The notes under the pieces: model-generated
What the model was told of the DNA's origin: nothing
The model's input: the letters and a program-made list of their open reading frames with translations, nothing else
Databases searched by the model: none
Shown here: positions 1 to 13,015 of the stretch, in pieces
Layout of the letters: every line of letters starts with the position of its first letter
Position numbering within the stretch: the first letter of the stretch is position 1
Assembly: GCA_963693365.1 (NCBI GenBank)
Contig: CAVNZM010000010.1
Location: 3,405,659 to 3,469,658, forward strand
Origin: Amoebidium appalachense
Taxonomy: Eukaryota > Protista > Ichthyosporea
DNA length: 64,000 bases
Direction of reading: 5' to 3'
Made by a program: the position numbers and the translations under genes

Positions 1-213
1 CCATAACAATGACCCGCAGTTATGTAGCACAACATGCGACTGTTTTACAATGATGGAAACAATGAGCAATGTATTTATAAATCCCCGCTTACACAGACCT
101 AGGAATCCGAAACCGAAGAATACATGTTGTATAGCTACATAGCAAAAGCAAAACATTATATCTCGTAGACGCTTTTGTAAAGAATTCCACGTGACTTAAC
201 GGATATATATATA

Positions 214-352
214 CCGTCCACCATTCAGAATACCCACCAATAAGAATACGCTAGCGGTCAAGTCCGTTTTTCTTTTTAAGAATGTGCACCGCAGTCAGAT
301 TTTGGGATGTTCTCAATGGCGGACTGACCTATAAACTTTGCTAGATCCTCCC

Positions 353-408
<56 letters not shown>

Positions 409-442
409 ACCCCAACCCTAGGCCTCTCTCCCCGTGTCTCCT

Positions 443-482
<40 letters not shown>

Positions 483-661
483 ACACGCACACACGCAGAA
501 GTTCCAACCCCAAGCCTCTCTCCCCGTGTTCCCCCCCCCCCTCCCCCCCCCCCCCCCCCCCCCCCGGTCTCGTGCCATTAAGAATATGATAGCGGCCCGG
601 CCAAAAAGCTAAGAATATGCACCGCGACCACGTTTTTGGGAGGGTTCTTAATGGCGGACGG
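214..661. mobile_element. Non-autonomous DNA transposon (MITE) with CCGTCC(A/G)CCA terminal inverted repeats, Tc1/mariner-pogo-like
   Basis: The left end ccgtccaccattcagaa (214) follows TA. The right end ttcttaatggcggacgg (ends 661) is its near-perfect reverse complement. There are two internal subunits (aagaatgtgcaccgc at 278, aagaatatgcaccgc at 611). A 95-bp relative lies at 59025-59119. The superfamily assignment is inference. Confidence 0.55.
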
Positions 662-1114
662 CATCTGTATATTCTTCACCCAGTGACTAGGAAAAATGAA
701 CGAAGATATGTGACAGTCAGTGACTGGACGCGAAACAATGCCATTTCTTATTTCTTCGTATATTTTAATGAATTGGTACACTACCATATGGCAAAACCAT
801 AGGCTACCTCACCTAAATTTGTCATCAACTTCAGTAGGGAAAAAAGTGCATTCTTGTATTACACCAGTCAAGATCCCACATGGGCTCATTACTTAATCAG
901 CAGATATGAACTAAAGCGGGCTCACATACCCTCCTGCTCGTGTCTGTACATCCAAAAAAGCCTTGTGGGCAATAAGAAAAAAAGGAAAAAAAGGGAAGAG
1001 AAGGGTTGACATGTTATTCCCAAATATGACACCATTCCCAACCCCATCACATTGTCAAAGCAATTCATACACTTTGCTTCTTATTTCCATCAACCCCCCC
1101 CCCCCCCCCCCTTC

Positions 1115-1255
1115 AACCCATCTTTGGTGTCATGATCTCTCCCTTTGCGCTGGTAGATTATATTGGCCCAATTGCGGTAGAAGACGTGTCCGTCGCTCCT
1201 CCACTGGTCCAGGGGCAGTTTTGTGTCGTAGCCCTGAGGGTAGGCATATTGCCAA
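1115..1255 (-). pseudogene. Decayed duplicate (copy 3) of the 3' part of the metA terminal exon
   Basis: It translates YPQGYDTKLPLDQWRSDGHVFYRNWANIIYQRKG, versus the functional [36 protein letters not shown]. It lacks the catalytic GHPEY part and has an indel near its end. Confidence 0.8.
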
Positions 1256-1329
1256 TCCAAAAAAAAAACAAAAAACAAAAAACAAAATAATAAGTGTAAA
1301 TGATTCTCGGAATCGTTCCTCGAATATAG

Positions 1330-2076
1330 CCCAACCTCGGTCGAATCAATTTGGTCAGGATTCGGGGATCTGAAAAGCCGCGACGTTGGCCATCTTACTT
1401 CCTCGATTAAATGTTCCTCGAGGATAGGCCCACATGCCGTAGTATCATTTTTACCCAAGAAGGGGACGTGCACGTGTGACTTCAAGTCGCAACTTCACGA
1501 AGCTGCGCTCGTACCCTACTAATTTGCACACTATGTGCAAGTGGGTGTGTACATGTGTGTGTGTGGGTCTGTGTGTGCGTGTGTTTCGCTTCTTTCTCGG
1601 GCTCGCGGCTCCCGGGCGCTCGCTCCTTGTTGAGTAGGTACGTACGCTACAATAGTAAAAAGTCACCTAAAGACTCAAGTCACAACTTAAAGTCAGGACA
1701 AGTCACCAGCTTCTCTCACCAATTATAATAAGTCAAGTCGACCTAACTTGACTTGGTTGAAGTCAGGGTTCCTATGACTTCAAGTCGCAACTTCACGACT
1801 CTGCGCTCGCCGCCGCGGAGCTCGAATTTTGATGATGGTACAGCTCGCCCCAGCGCATGCTCGATACGATTCAGAGTTTGATTGGACCAAAAGCTGTAAT
1901 GGAGCACCACACTATAGTTTATGCAAACTGATTGGATCACGCCATGCTTTTTGCAAACTGATTGGTTCCGGGATTATTGCGGAACAGGTTAGTCCTTCCC
2001 CTTCCCCAGACCCTATCCCCATCTCCGTCAACCCAACTTCGGTCACAGACCTCCAAACTAACTGACCGAGGTTGGG
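1330..2076. mobile_element. Probable TIR-bounded insertion between metA exon copies 2 and 3
   Basis: cccaacctcggtc (1330-1342) is the exact reverse complement of gaccgaggttggg (2064-2076), with a further variant at 2032-2044. An internal direct repeat of about 35 bp (tgacttcaagtcgcaacttcacga..ctgcgctcg) occurs at about 1477 and about 1775. Confidence 0.4.
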
Positions 2077-2097
2077 AAAAAAATAAAGTAAACTTGG

Positions 2098-2266
2098 ATG
2101 ACCAATAACAACCACACTTCAGCCAATCTTAGGTGTCATGATCTCGCTCGCCCTTTGATATGCGCTGGTAGATCATATTAACCCAATTACGATAAAAGAT
2201 GTGTCCGTCACTCCTCTACTGACACAGCGGCAGTTTTGTGTCGTTTTCCTGGGATAGTATATTGCC
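2098..2266 (-). pseudogene. Decayed duplicate (copy 2) of the 3' part of the metA terminal exon and 3' UTR
   Basis: It is nearly identical to 2331-2490, including atgaccaataacaaccacact. The Trp codon of QWRS has become TAG, and there are small indels. Confidence 0.85.
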
Positions 2267-2353
2267 GTTGCCCCTCCAAAAAAAAACACAAAACAAAATA
2301 TAAAATAATAAATAAAATTATAGTAAATTTGAATGACCAATAACAACCACACT

Positions 2354-2633
2354 CTAGCCCATCTTGGGTGTCATGATCTCACCCTTTGATATGCGCTGGT
2401 AGATCATATTAACCCAATTGCGGTAAAAGATGTGCCCGTCGCTCCTCCACTGACACAGCGGCAGTTTTGTGTCATTTTCCTGGGGGTAGTAGTTTGCAGG
2501 GGCAGCCTGCCCGTTTGCTTTGTCTCGTTGGTACTCCCCGTGTAGGTCCATGCGGTCGTACTCGGGGTGGCCCTGGCAGTACACCCTGAAAGGGAAGGGA
2601 GAAAAAAAGAAAACAATTGATAAAAACGGGGAA

Positions 2634-2665
<32 letters not shown>

Positions 2666-2739
2666 GGATGTGTTACGATTTGGCGATTTGGTACGGCGCC
2701 GACATGACTCCCGGGAAGAGGGGAGATGAGTGTGTGTGT

Positions 2740-2776
<37 letters not shown>

Positions 2777-2783
2777 GGTGTGT

Positions 2784-2817
<34 letters not shown>

Positions 2818-4216
2818 GCATTAGAATGGGACATGACGTGGGGAAAGAAGGGAGGAGAAAGAGAGAAGTCCGGAGGGGGGGGGGGGGGGGGGGGGAGGGG
2901 GGGCGGAGAGCGGGGAAACGTACATGGCAAACATGATGCAAAGATGAAAACTCCATTGGAGATATTCACAGAAAGAACAAAAGAAGAAAAAAAAACAGTC
3001 AAAAAAAAAAAAAAGAACAAACCAAACAAACATCGTGCACGCACACGATACATAAAACAGGCGTCCATCATAAGATGGGTTCCATCATACATCACACACA
3101 TGCACCCCACGCAGGTACTCCCCCCCCCCCCCCCCCCCCCCCCCTCAAAATAACACCCCCTCTTGTTAAATCTTATATTTAGTTTTTTACGATTTCCGTC
3201 CTTACTAATACAATATATACTAACCACTCCTTCCGTTGCGGCCAACGGCCAAGTACCACACCACAACCTCATCATTCATAAAATCCCCCCCCCCCAAAAA
3301 AAAAGGGCAAAAAAAAAAAAAAAAAAAAAAAGGAAAGAAAGGGAAAAAAAAAAAAGGATATAAAAAACCTTCAGAAGGACAACACCATCACCATCCTTTT
3401 CCAGCCGTTCCCCACAGCCCTACTACTCCAAAAACTGTTCATGATCCCCCCCCCCCCCCCCCCCCCCCCCCCCAACAACACACAGACACATCCATCCGTG
3501 CGACCCCCCCGGCGGAACGGGGGGGGGGGGGGCACGCACTCTTTTCCGCCGCGGCCGACAGCCAGATGCCACCCCACTGTGTCATTCTTCATAATGACTT
3601 TAATGTCCGGGTGTGACTCCATCTGCTCTACGGAGATGTCCCCCCAGCGAGAGTGCGGGATGGCTACTATGTCATTGAGACCATCTGTCAACTGTACGTG
3701 TGTACGTAAAGGTTAGTGTGTGTGTGTACGTGCAGATGTGTGGAGCGTGTGTACATTTTTGTGTGTAAGGGGCAGGTGCGGACATATGTGCGGACGTGCG
3801 TGCAGTGTGTGTGTGCGGACATGTGCGCAAGTTTGTGTGCGTAACGAGTGTGTTTGTATGTGTGGAACATGTGCACGTGTTTGTGTATGTGCAAAAAGCT
3901 GTGGACATGTGCACGTATGTGTGTGTGTGTGTGCACGCGCATGGATATTTGTGTGTGGGGGCTTGGGGGTGGGCACACGTGTTTCTTGTGTGAATGTGCG
4001 TGCGTGTGCGTGGGTACATATACGTAAGTGTTTTGTGTGTGTGTGTGTGTGAACACGTGAAAAAGAGTGTAACCACACGTGTGTGCACGTCAATACGCGT
4101 GCGTACGTGTGTGTAGACGTGGTAGAGTGTATGTGTGTATGTGTATGAAGATGCGTGAGAATGTGTACGTGTGTGAGCGTGCGTATACGTGCGTGTACAC
4201 GTCTCTCACTCTCTCT

Positions 4217-4262
<46 letters not shown>

Positions 4263-4404
4263 TTGTGTGTGTATGTGCTTGTGGCTGGGCATGCTTGTCC
4301 GTCTGTATGTGTGGGTGTGTGTCTGCATGAATGCGGTGTGTGTGTGTGTGTGTGCGTGTGCATGCGCGCAATGGGCAAAGAGGGAGAGTGTGTGTGTTTG
4401 GGGG

Positions 4405-4453
<49 letters not shown>

Positions 4454-4496
4454 AGAGGGGGAGAGAGAGGGGGGGGGGGGGGGGGGGGGGGGAGAG

Positions 4497-4533
<37 letters not shown>

Positions 4534-5429
4534 AGGGAAGGAGGGAGGGAGGGAGGGAGGGAGGGAGGGGGGAGAGAAAGAGAGAGAGCAGCGTGTGTGT
4601 GAGTTAGTGTAAACGCACGTGTGTGTCTCTCTGTGTGTATATACGTGCTCGTGGTTTTCAGCTGTGTTGGTTTATTTTGGGCTGTTTTTCTCCCTACCAT
4701 TGGTATGACATCATGGTCCACAGGGAAGTTATAAACGCCAAATATCTTTGTTGCGCCCATGGTCCTCTGCATGTCGTAGAATGTGCCCAGGGCAAAGTGT
4801 GACCCCAGGCACGAGTACAGTGTAGATGGCACGTGCTCACGTGCCCACGACACTATCTCCTTGTACTCCTGTGGAAGGGGGTGGGGTGGGGTGGAGGGTG
4901 CGGGGGAGGGGGGGGGGGGGGGGGAGAAGGGGGCGGGGAGTAGATGTATTCATTAGAAAGAGGTATCTTGTTTTTCAATGTTTTTTTTTTTTTTTTCCTT
5001 TCGGGGGAAAGGGCGGGGCGGGCGGGGGGAGGGGGGGTTTTGAATGCGGAACACAGTACGAAGTACGCATACACGATGAGAAGCATGGTGCAGGACACAT
5101 GCAAAGGCAAACATTCAAGTATGCAGCATCAGCCATGCGCACATTTTGCGTCATAAGCAGAGCCCATCCTCAGGGAGGGCCCAAGTCATCAATTGCGTCT
5201 GAGTTTCGACCCCTTAGCCCGCGTATATACGACGCTCCAACTCAGACAGCAGCATCAACTGAACTTGGGTGGGTCAACCCGTCTTGATCAAAGACGAGCA
5301 GGGTTGCTTATGCAAGCAAGGTGAGCAAAACGGTGAAGATGTATGTGCAAACTAATGCAGTGCAGCGACAAACGCGTATGTGCTTACAGATGCACGACAC
5401 AGAGCAACCATGCCCGGTTGCATGGAAGT

Positions 5430-5467
<38 letters not shown>

Positions 5468-5572
5468 GCAAGAAAGAAAAGCTGGTAGAAAAAAGAACAG
5501 AAGCCCAAACAAAGTATAGAAAACGACAAAACCATTGATCCAAAGACACCAAAAAATATGTGCAGACGTAGA

Positions 5573-5607
<35 letters not shown>

Positions 5608-6365
5608 GAGGGAGCAAATGAGTGTGTGTAAGAGGAAGGAAGAAGAGGTGTGTGTGTGCGTGTGTGTATCGGTTTGTGTGTGTGTGTGTGCGTGTGTGTG
5701 TGTGTGTGTGTTGCGTATGAGCGCGCACGCGCGTGTGTGGAGAGAGGAGAAGGCGGTCTAGAGTAACCCATAAAAAAAATCGAGAACTGAGTGATGATAC
5801 GGGATGGCTGACTGTGTGAGAGTTTGTATGGACGTGCATGTGTATTGGCCCAATGGCGTGTGTATATATGTTTCGGTGTCTGTATAAGTGCGTGTTTGCA
5901 AAAGAAAAAAAGAAAGAGAGGGGGAAGGGAGGAAGGGAGGGGGAGGGGTGGCGTTACACATGACTAAGTCCCATTGACAAACAACGATTAACCACCTTTG
6001 TTAGGTGAAAGGGGGAGAGAAGGGGGGGTTAGGGGGGGGAAACGAGGGATTACTAACGGTGTGGGGGTGAGAGGGGAGGGGGGGGGGGGGGGGGGGGGGG
6101 GGGGTTACAAACCTGGTAGTAAACAAACTCAGTGAGAGGGAGCATAGAGCCATCGGGCCTACGCTCCAGATTTGCCCCCGTCACGATCAGCCCGTCAAGA
6201 CCCTTCATGCGCACAGTTGCAAACCGCTCATAGAAAACCTCCATGTGCTCCCGTCCGGCTGCAAAATATAATTATATAATAAATAAAAAAAGGGGGGGGA
6301 GAGGGGGGGGGGGGGGGGGGAAGGGGGGGGGGAAGGGGAAGGAGAGGGGAAAGGGGGAGGGGGGG

Positions 6366-6458
<93 letters not shown>

Positions 6459-7106
6459 TTTATGTGTATGCACGCATGTGTTTGCTGGATGGATGGGGTG
6501 GGGATGGGTAGGTGAGTGCGTGTATGTGTGTATTGCAAGGGGGGGGGGGGGGGGGGGGGGGGGTCAGAATGTGTTACAAAGAATACATGTGGATTTTGCC
6601 GGGGGGAGGGGGGGGGGGGAGGGGGGGTTGAAGAGAAAAGGATACATATGAAGCAGTATCAAATATATACCCCTTCCTCAGGGAAGACCCAAGTCATCCA
6701 CAGAACTGTGGGAAGAGCGGAGGGGAAGAGGAGGGTGGGTGTGTGGGGGTGGGGGGGGACAGACTGTCTTATAGGGGTTGGGCAACATGAACACAAACAC
6801 ACGGATGAGAAACTAGAGCAATTCCCTGACAATGGGACAGGAGTGGGGGTCGTGGGCTGGGGGGGCGCGGGAGGGGGGGGGGATGCGGGGGGGGGAGGGG
6901 GGGGGGGCTAGAAACTGGGAACGAAACACACAGGTATGAAAGTTATGTGTGTGTTTGTGTGTGTATGTGTGTAAGCATCAGCATCCCCAACGTTTCCAGC
7001 TGCTGTGTGCACTGGTTCCCTCCTGCTTGTATGTTGGCCGAGTGTGCCGTCTGTGCATATGTGTGTAGGTGTGTGGGCATGTGTGTGTGGCAGTGAGTGT
7101 TCTGTG

Positions 7107-7140
<34 letters not shown>

Positions 7141-8279
7141 ACGCGCATATGTGTATGTGTGTGTGTGTGTGTGTTGTGTGTGTGTGTGCGTGTGTGTGTG
7201 CATATGCGGGTACGTGTGTATGCCTCTGAGCGCGCCGCGCGTGCGCGCGCGTGTGTGTATGCGCGCGCGCAGTGTGTGTGTGCAAGTGTCTGACACACGC
7301 GCCTATGATTGTTTGTAAAAGCTCATCCACACGTGTGCTGATGTAGAACAATAAAGCGCAACAGTGTGTGCCATACATAGGCAGGAGGCAAAAGGAACAC
7401 AGTATTCGAATTCGGTTACAGAAGCACTAACATATACAGAACATCAAATCGAGGAGGTGTCCTACAAAATGTCACAGAGACACTCAGCAACAACGTCAAC
7501 CTTCACTACATTTCCTCTAGAGCCTGCAGCCCGTACTTACAGTTAGGAAGATACTGGTCGAATCTCAGCAGCACAGGCTGGATTTGCAGCGGTGTGTGTC
7601 CGAGAAGACGATAAAACTGCACCTCTGTCTTCTTACGCACAGCAGCAGGCATAAGGTTAAGAAGACCGATGCGAAGTGGTCGAATATCTTGGTGCTGTGC
7701 ACGTTTCTGCTCGATCATGTGCACCTGCTCTGCTTTGAGCTCGTCGAAAACAGGGAACGTGTCCCGAGAGGGAACAACGAGAGGCATGTTGAGTGTTGCT
7801 GTTAGATTCGTGTCTTGGTTAGTCAAGCACGAATATATTTGTATAAAGACATAAAGCATGCAATGCTTTTTGATTGCCAAGTGAAAAGACACAATGAACA
7901 TTCTCTCTCAATAAAAACGACCCCTCTTGAATCCAAACTTCGTAGCTATCCTAAAATGTCCCCTTTACTCTTCTTGCAACCACAGAAACCACAGCTGCAC
8001 CGAAGGCAACAGAACATGTAGAGAACCTTCCTTATACTCCATAGAAAAAAGGGTTGCCAGTCGGCATATTTTCAGGCTTATATGTGCGATTCCACCAGCA
8101 CATCTGGTGGTGCTGTGAGGCTATCCCTTCCTTTTTGGAATCACACGCGAAGTAAAAGCGCGAGTGTATGACAACGGGTGCCGCTCACCTGTTGAGCGAA
8201 AGCCCCTTGAAGCTCCTACTAACACCAACGGTCTATGGTAGCCAGCACGCGCTATATGCTTGCTCAGGGAACGGAGCAT
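2354..8279 (-). CDS. metA: Homoserine O-acyltransferase, MetA/HTS family (O-acetyl or O-succinyl), spliced, with a putative mitochondrial presequence; about 349 aa
   Basis: Exons are 8279-8189, 7798-7541, 6258-6113, 4868-4698, 3691-3540 and 2585-2354. All junctions are GT-AG and phase-compatible, totalling 1050 nt. Motifs: [40 protein letters not shown] (catalytic Cys), KIFGVY, PHSR, QGHPEYD (catalytic His/Glu), [23 protein letters not shown]. The internal Met at 7787 (MPLVV) matches the bacterial start. The first exon is less certain than the other five. Confidence 0.93.
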
Positions 8280-8454
8280 TTCTCCTTTGTGACTATGCCA
8301 CCTCCAAGCCGGAAACGGAAGGTGGGGAAGGGGAAACCAAAAAAAAAAACGTGAAAAAAAAAAAGCCAAAAAAGCAAAAGTAACCTGGCGACCGTCTGTG
8401 GCTGAGTCAGAAACTAAGAACAAGCCCGCATCTGCCGCAGATCTAAGTGATCTC

Positions 8455-8600
8455 CTACTGATTCCTATTGGTGAAAAATGGTTCCTTGAAGCCAATAGGA
8501 AAGATTATACCTAACCATCTGCTTTTTGTTTTAGCCAAATAAAGCATTAATCTAATTCGCGCTCTAATGACGTCATATTGGCTGGCGCCCATTGGATCGG
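8455..8600. promoter_or_regulatory. CCAAT-box cluster and CRE palindrome upstream of metA
   Basis: ATTGG/CCAAT occurs at about 8467, 8492, 8577 and 8591, and TGACGTCA at 8568-8575. These lie about 200-300 bp upstream of the ATG at 8279. Confidence 0.5.
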
Positions 8601-9249
8601 GCAACTTGACTGTGCCGCACCGAAGGATGTTTCCGGGTGTCACTGGGGTTCACCAAGGCGCGCGTCTCAAGCCTTTTTGGGGGCTGTATCTAGCCATAAA
8701 CATGTCCGAACCCACCCAACAGGTCTTGAGGTCCGCTTCAAGCTACGGCACCGTCATATGTACACGCCATTGGAACTCTGCCGAGGCAAGATGCATAATA
8801 ATATTAATCGAATTTGCCGGCGCATACATCATGATATAAAAAACAACAAAAAAAGTAGGAATATACGTTGAACTGCACACAGGCAAATACATACACACGT
8901 TCCCAGCAATCGTTCATGTCGTACAACCTCTTTGGGGTTGTGGTCAGGATCGGGTGAAAAAATGAGAGAAGTCTGGGATGTTACTGTATAGTTACCGGTG
9001 AGGAGACGGGAATTGGGTTTTACCTGGGTGGGTTTGTGTGAGGCTGGGGCGGTTGCGTGGGTTGGTGGTGGTGGTACCGGTGCATTGGGGGGGAGGGGGG
9101 GTGCGGGGGTGCGGGTGCGGGTGGGGGGGGGGGGGGGGGGGGGGGGGGGAGGGGGGGGGGGGGGGGGGGGGGGGTTGGCCCGGGGAGGGAGGGAGAGGGA
9201 GACTGGTCACTAGTTGTAAGGAATTGATTATTGATTATTAGTTAGAAAG

Positions 9250-10100
<851 letters not shown>

Positions 10101-10862
10101 AGAGATCTAGGAAAGAGGTGACCAACTAGCTAGCCACATCTACTAAGCTATCCGTGTTCTCCGGGCGCAGACCCTTTTGGGGGAGGGGGGAGGGGTGGTG
10201 CCCGGGATGGGGTGTGTGTGTGTTGGGGGGGGGGGGGGGGGGGGGGGGGAGGGGGGGGGGGGAGGGGGGGGGGATCATAAGCTCCATCAATTACCTAAAT
10301 TTTCATATTAGTGACAAAATATTCGTCGGAATTTGAAGCAGCATTACACTGTACGAGAACAAAAAACCGTTCGAAACATTGACCCCAAACGTTTTTGTTT
10401 TTTTTTTTGTTTTTTTTTTTTTGCGGGGGGGGGGGGGGGGGGGGGGGGGGGGGAGACGGAGGAACAGACCGCAGAATTCGAAGCGCCCTTGCAAGCCTGT
10501 AACATATACTGAGTTCCGGATCCGTAAAAAAAAAAAAAGGTTTTTACTTATTATGGCCCTCTCACAGTGAGTATACCCATCCAGTGGGCAGCCATTCAAA
10601 TTACTTTAAACGGGCACAGTGGGCCTCACCAATTAATCAAAAATAAAGCCATATACGTTATCCACACTTTACACTATCAATTCCGCGTTTTCGTGTCACG
10701 GTGCTTGCAATTCCATGTGTGCTGTAGCCTACAGTGTATGTCTGAATATATTCATGAATTCCCTGCAACACTTGCTAATATGTGTGTATTATCATGTGTG
10801 TGTTTGGTTTGTATTTGCACTGTGTTAACGTTCCCGTTTGCAGATGAGATATATACTATAAA

Positions 10863-12079
10863 TTAGATAGCATACGTAAAGTAGTTGAGGGGCGCATACG
10901 TCGGGAATTTAAATTCGCAAGACTGACCTGCTAGGCCATCGACAACCCTCCCACACACAGACTCCGCCTTCCCGTTGGAATATCCGATCCGGAAAACACC
11001 TACAACCTGACCCTGACACTTGAGATCGGATGCAAAGCTGCCCAGGGTGTTGGTGCATATTTGCGACCCACGGCACATGTCAACGTAGCGTACATCTCTG
11101 CATTCGTCGACGTCGGCGCACATTCCAGACGCCTGCAAGAGGTACCCGGTGTTCCAAGCGCACTCAAAGCTGCCCTGTGTGTTTTTGCACGTTGACCCGG
11201 GACCGCACCTTGGGACATTATTCGCCGATATTTCGGAGCATTCGTCCGTATCACCGTAGCCGAAAAACACATCACTAACATTCTCACCCGGCCGGAGAAC
11301 GGCGGTGACGAACGCGGAACTGTACGTTGCGACAGTGAAACTCGGGGGGAGGGTCGACGGGTCAACCTGAAGGGTGTAGTTGCCAACGGGAGCGTTCTCG
11401 AACGTAAAAGCACCGGTGAACCCTGTCGTGGCCCGGACAGACCCCACGGGGTTAGAAAGAACTATTGTACTACCACACCCGGCAGGCCTTGGTCGTTACC
11501 GTCCGGTTGGCCGTTGACGTTGGTGTCGATGAACACACGGCCGCCAAGACGTCCTCGGAGGGGGACACATGCGCCTGACGCACCCGCGGCGTACCCAGCT
11601 TGGCACGAGCACGTGAAGCTGCCGACGGTGTTTTCGCAAACGGTCAAATCCGGACACCGGCCCTTCCCATTGGTCGGAATCTTGCACTCGTCGATATCGC
11701 CCAATCCGATGTCGACGTTTGCGAGGGACAGGGCAGGAGCCAATGAAATCGCCAATCCTTCTGTCCTCACCGCCAAGGCGGAACTGTACACCGGAAAACA
11801 AGGATTGGTCGACGTGAAATCGATTGAAATGGTGTAGTTTCCGGAAGAAACGTTCAGGAAAGTGTACGCTCCGGCATCGGTGGTTCTGATGCTACCCTTG
11901 AATTGTCCGTTGGAGTCTCGCAGGCGGAGGACTACCCCAGCGGCCAGTTGGGTGGTGGGTTTGAACGCACCGTCGGAGTCGTTGTAGTAGAAAATACGAC
12001 CAGAGACGCTAGCGGTGAGAGGGGTACAGGTGACGCCGTTGCCCGTGAACTTGTCTGGGCACGTGCATGTGAAGCTGCC
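10863..12079 (-). pseudogene. Terminal exon encoding alternating calcium-binding EGF and SdrD-B-like (CnaB-type) domains; frameshifted, probably a pseudogene fragment of an extracellular protein
   Basis: The acceptor cactgac...cacag precedes 12079. EGF_CA motifs: DIDEC...CENTVGSFTCSCQAGY, DTDEC, DVDEC. SdrD-B motifs: ASVSGRIFY.NDSDG...GVVLRLRDSNG...GAYTF.NVSSGNYTI and GRLGGRVFIDTNVNGQPDGNDQGLPGV...GAFTFENAPVGNYTLQVD. There is a 1-nt frameshift at about 11465, a lost Cys (SFECAW) and a truncated last EGF. No upstream exons were found. Confidence 0.8.
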
Positions 12080-12145
12080 CTGTGGGTGCATGTGTGGGTC
12101 AGTGATTTGCCCAAAAGTTTGTTGTTTGCTGCGTGTGTGTATGCA

Positions 12146-12176
<31 letters not shown>

Positions 12177-12362
12177 CTTGGGAGGATGGGGTTGAGAAGC
12201 AGGTATGAGCTTGATCGGGACGTTTATGTATGTGTGGTGATGGTTGTGGTAGTGGAGGGGTGGGGATAGGGAGGGAGGGCGGGAGGGTGGAGGTGATGGA
12301 GATTGGGGTTGACAAGGACAAGTAGAAGGAAAGGGGGAAAAAGCAGGTGGTGATGGTGGGTT

Positions 12363-12412
<50 letters not shown>

Positions 12413-12984
12413 AAGGGGAGGACATGAAGCAGAAAAACAGGAAAAAAGAAAAAAAGAAAAAGGAAAAGAAGAAAACGAAAAGACTGGAGAGAAGGGCACA
12501 AAATGTATGTAGCGAATCACATTAGTGTAGTTGGCCCCGCTCTTCCTCTCCCCTTACCCCCCCCAACTCTCTCCCCTCCCCCTCCGGGAGGGAGGATTTA
12601 TCATGGAAAATAGATATTGTATATTTTTTTTTTTCGTCAGTCAGACTCTTGAGCAACAGCACTATTAATCTTTAACGATGATGCAAACTTTAGTGCATTT
12701 ACCAACCTCTATGGCTTGTTCATGCATGCATTAGTCTGGACAGACACGATGCTTGATTTGTACGTGGCAGGAACGTACTTACATGTTGCATAGTAACTTT
12801 TTTGGCTTCATTTCTGAGTCATCACGTCCGAGAGAGATATTCAATGTGTAAGCAGAGTGCAGAGAGAGGAAATCCTGATACACAAAACGACTGTACTGTG
12901 CGTGACCTGTATGATGCTAGTAAACTGGCACTGTGTGACACTAGAAGGGTTGCCCGGCAATGTCCCCCCTCCCCCCCCCTCCCC

Positions 12985-13015
<31 letters not shown>

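Noticed and set aside
8567-8871. Short plus-strand ORFs divergent from metA
   Set aside because: They have no recognisable motif, no convincing splice chain, and overlap promoter-like sequence.
10863-12079. Bacterial contamination or programmed frameshifting as an explanation for the SdrD-B/EGF region
   Set aside because: It has a spliceosomal acceptor and eukaryotic EGF_CA motifs. There is no slippery heptamer at the shift, and additional lesions indicate decay.
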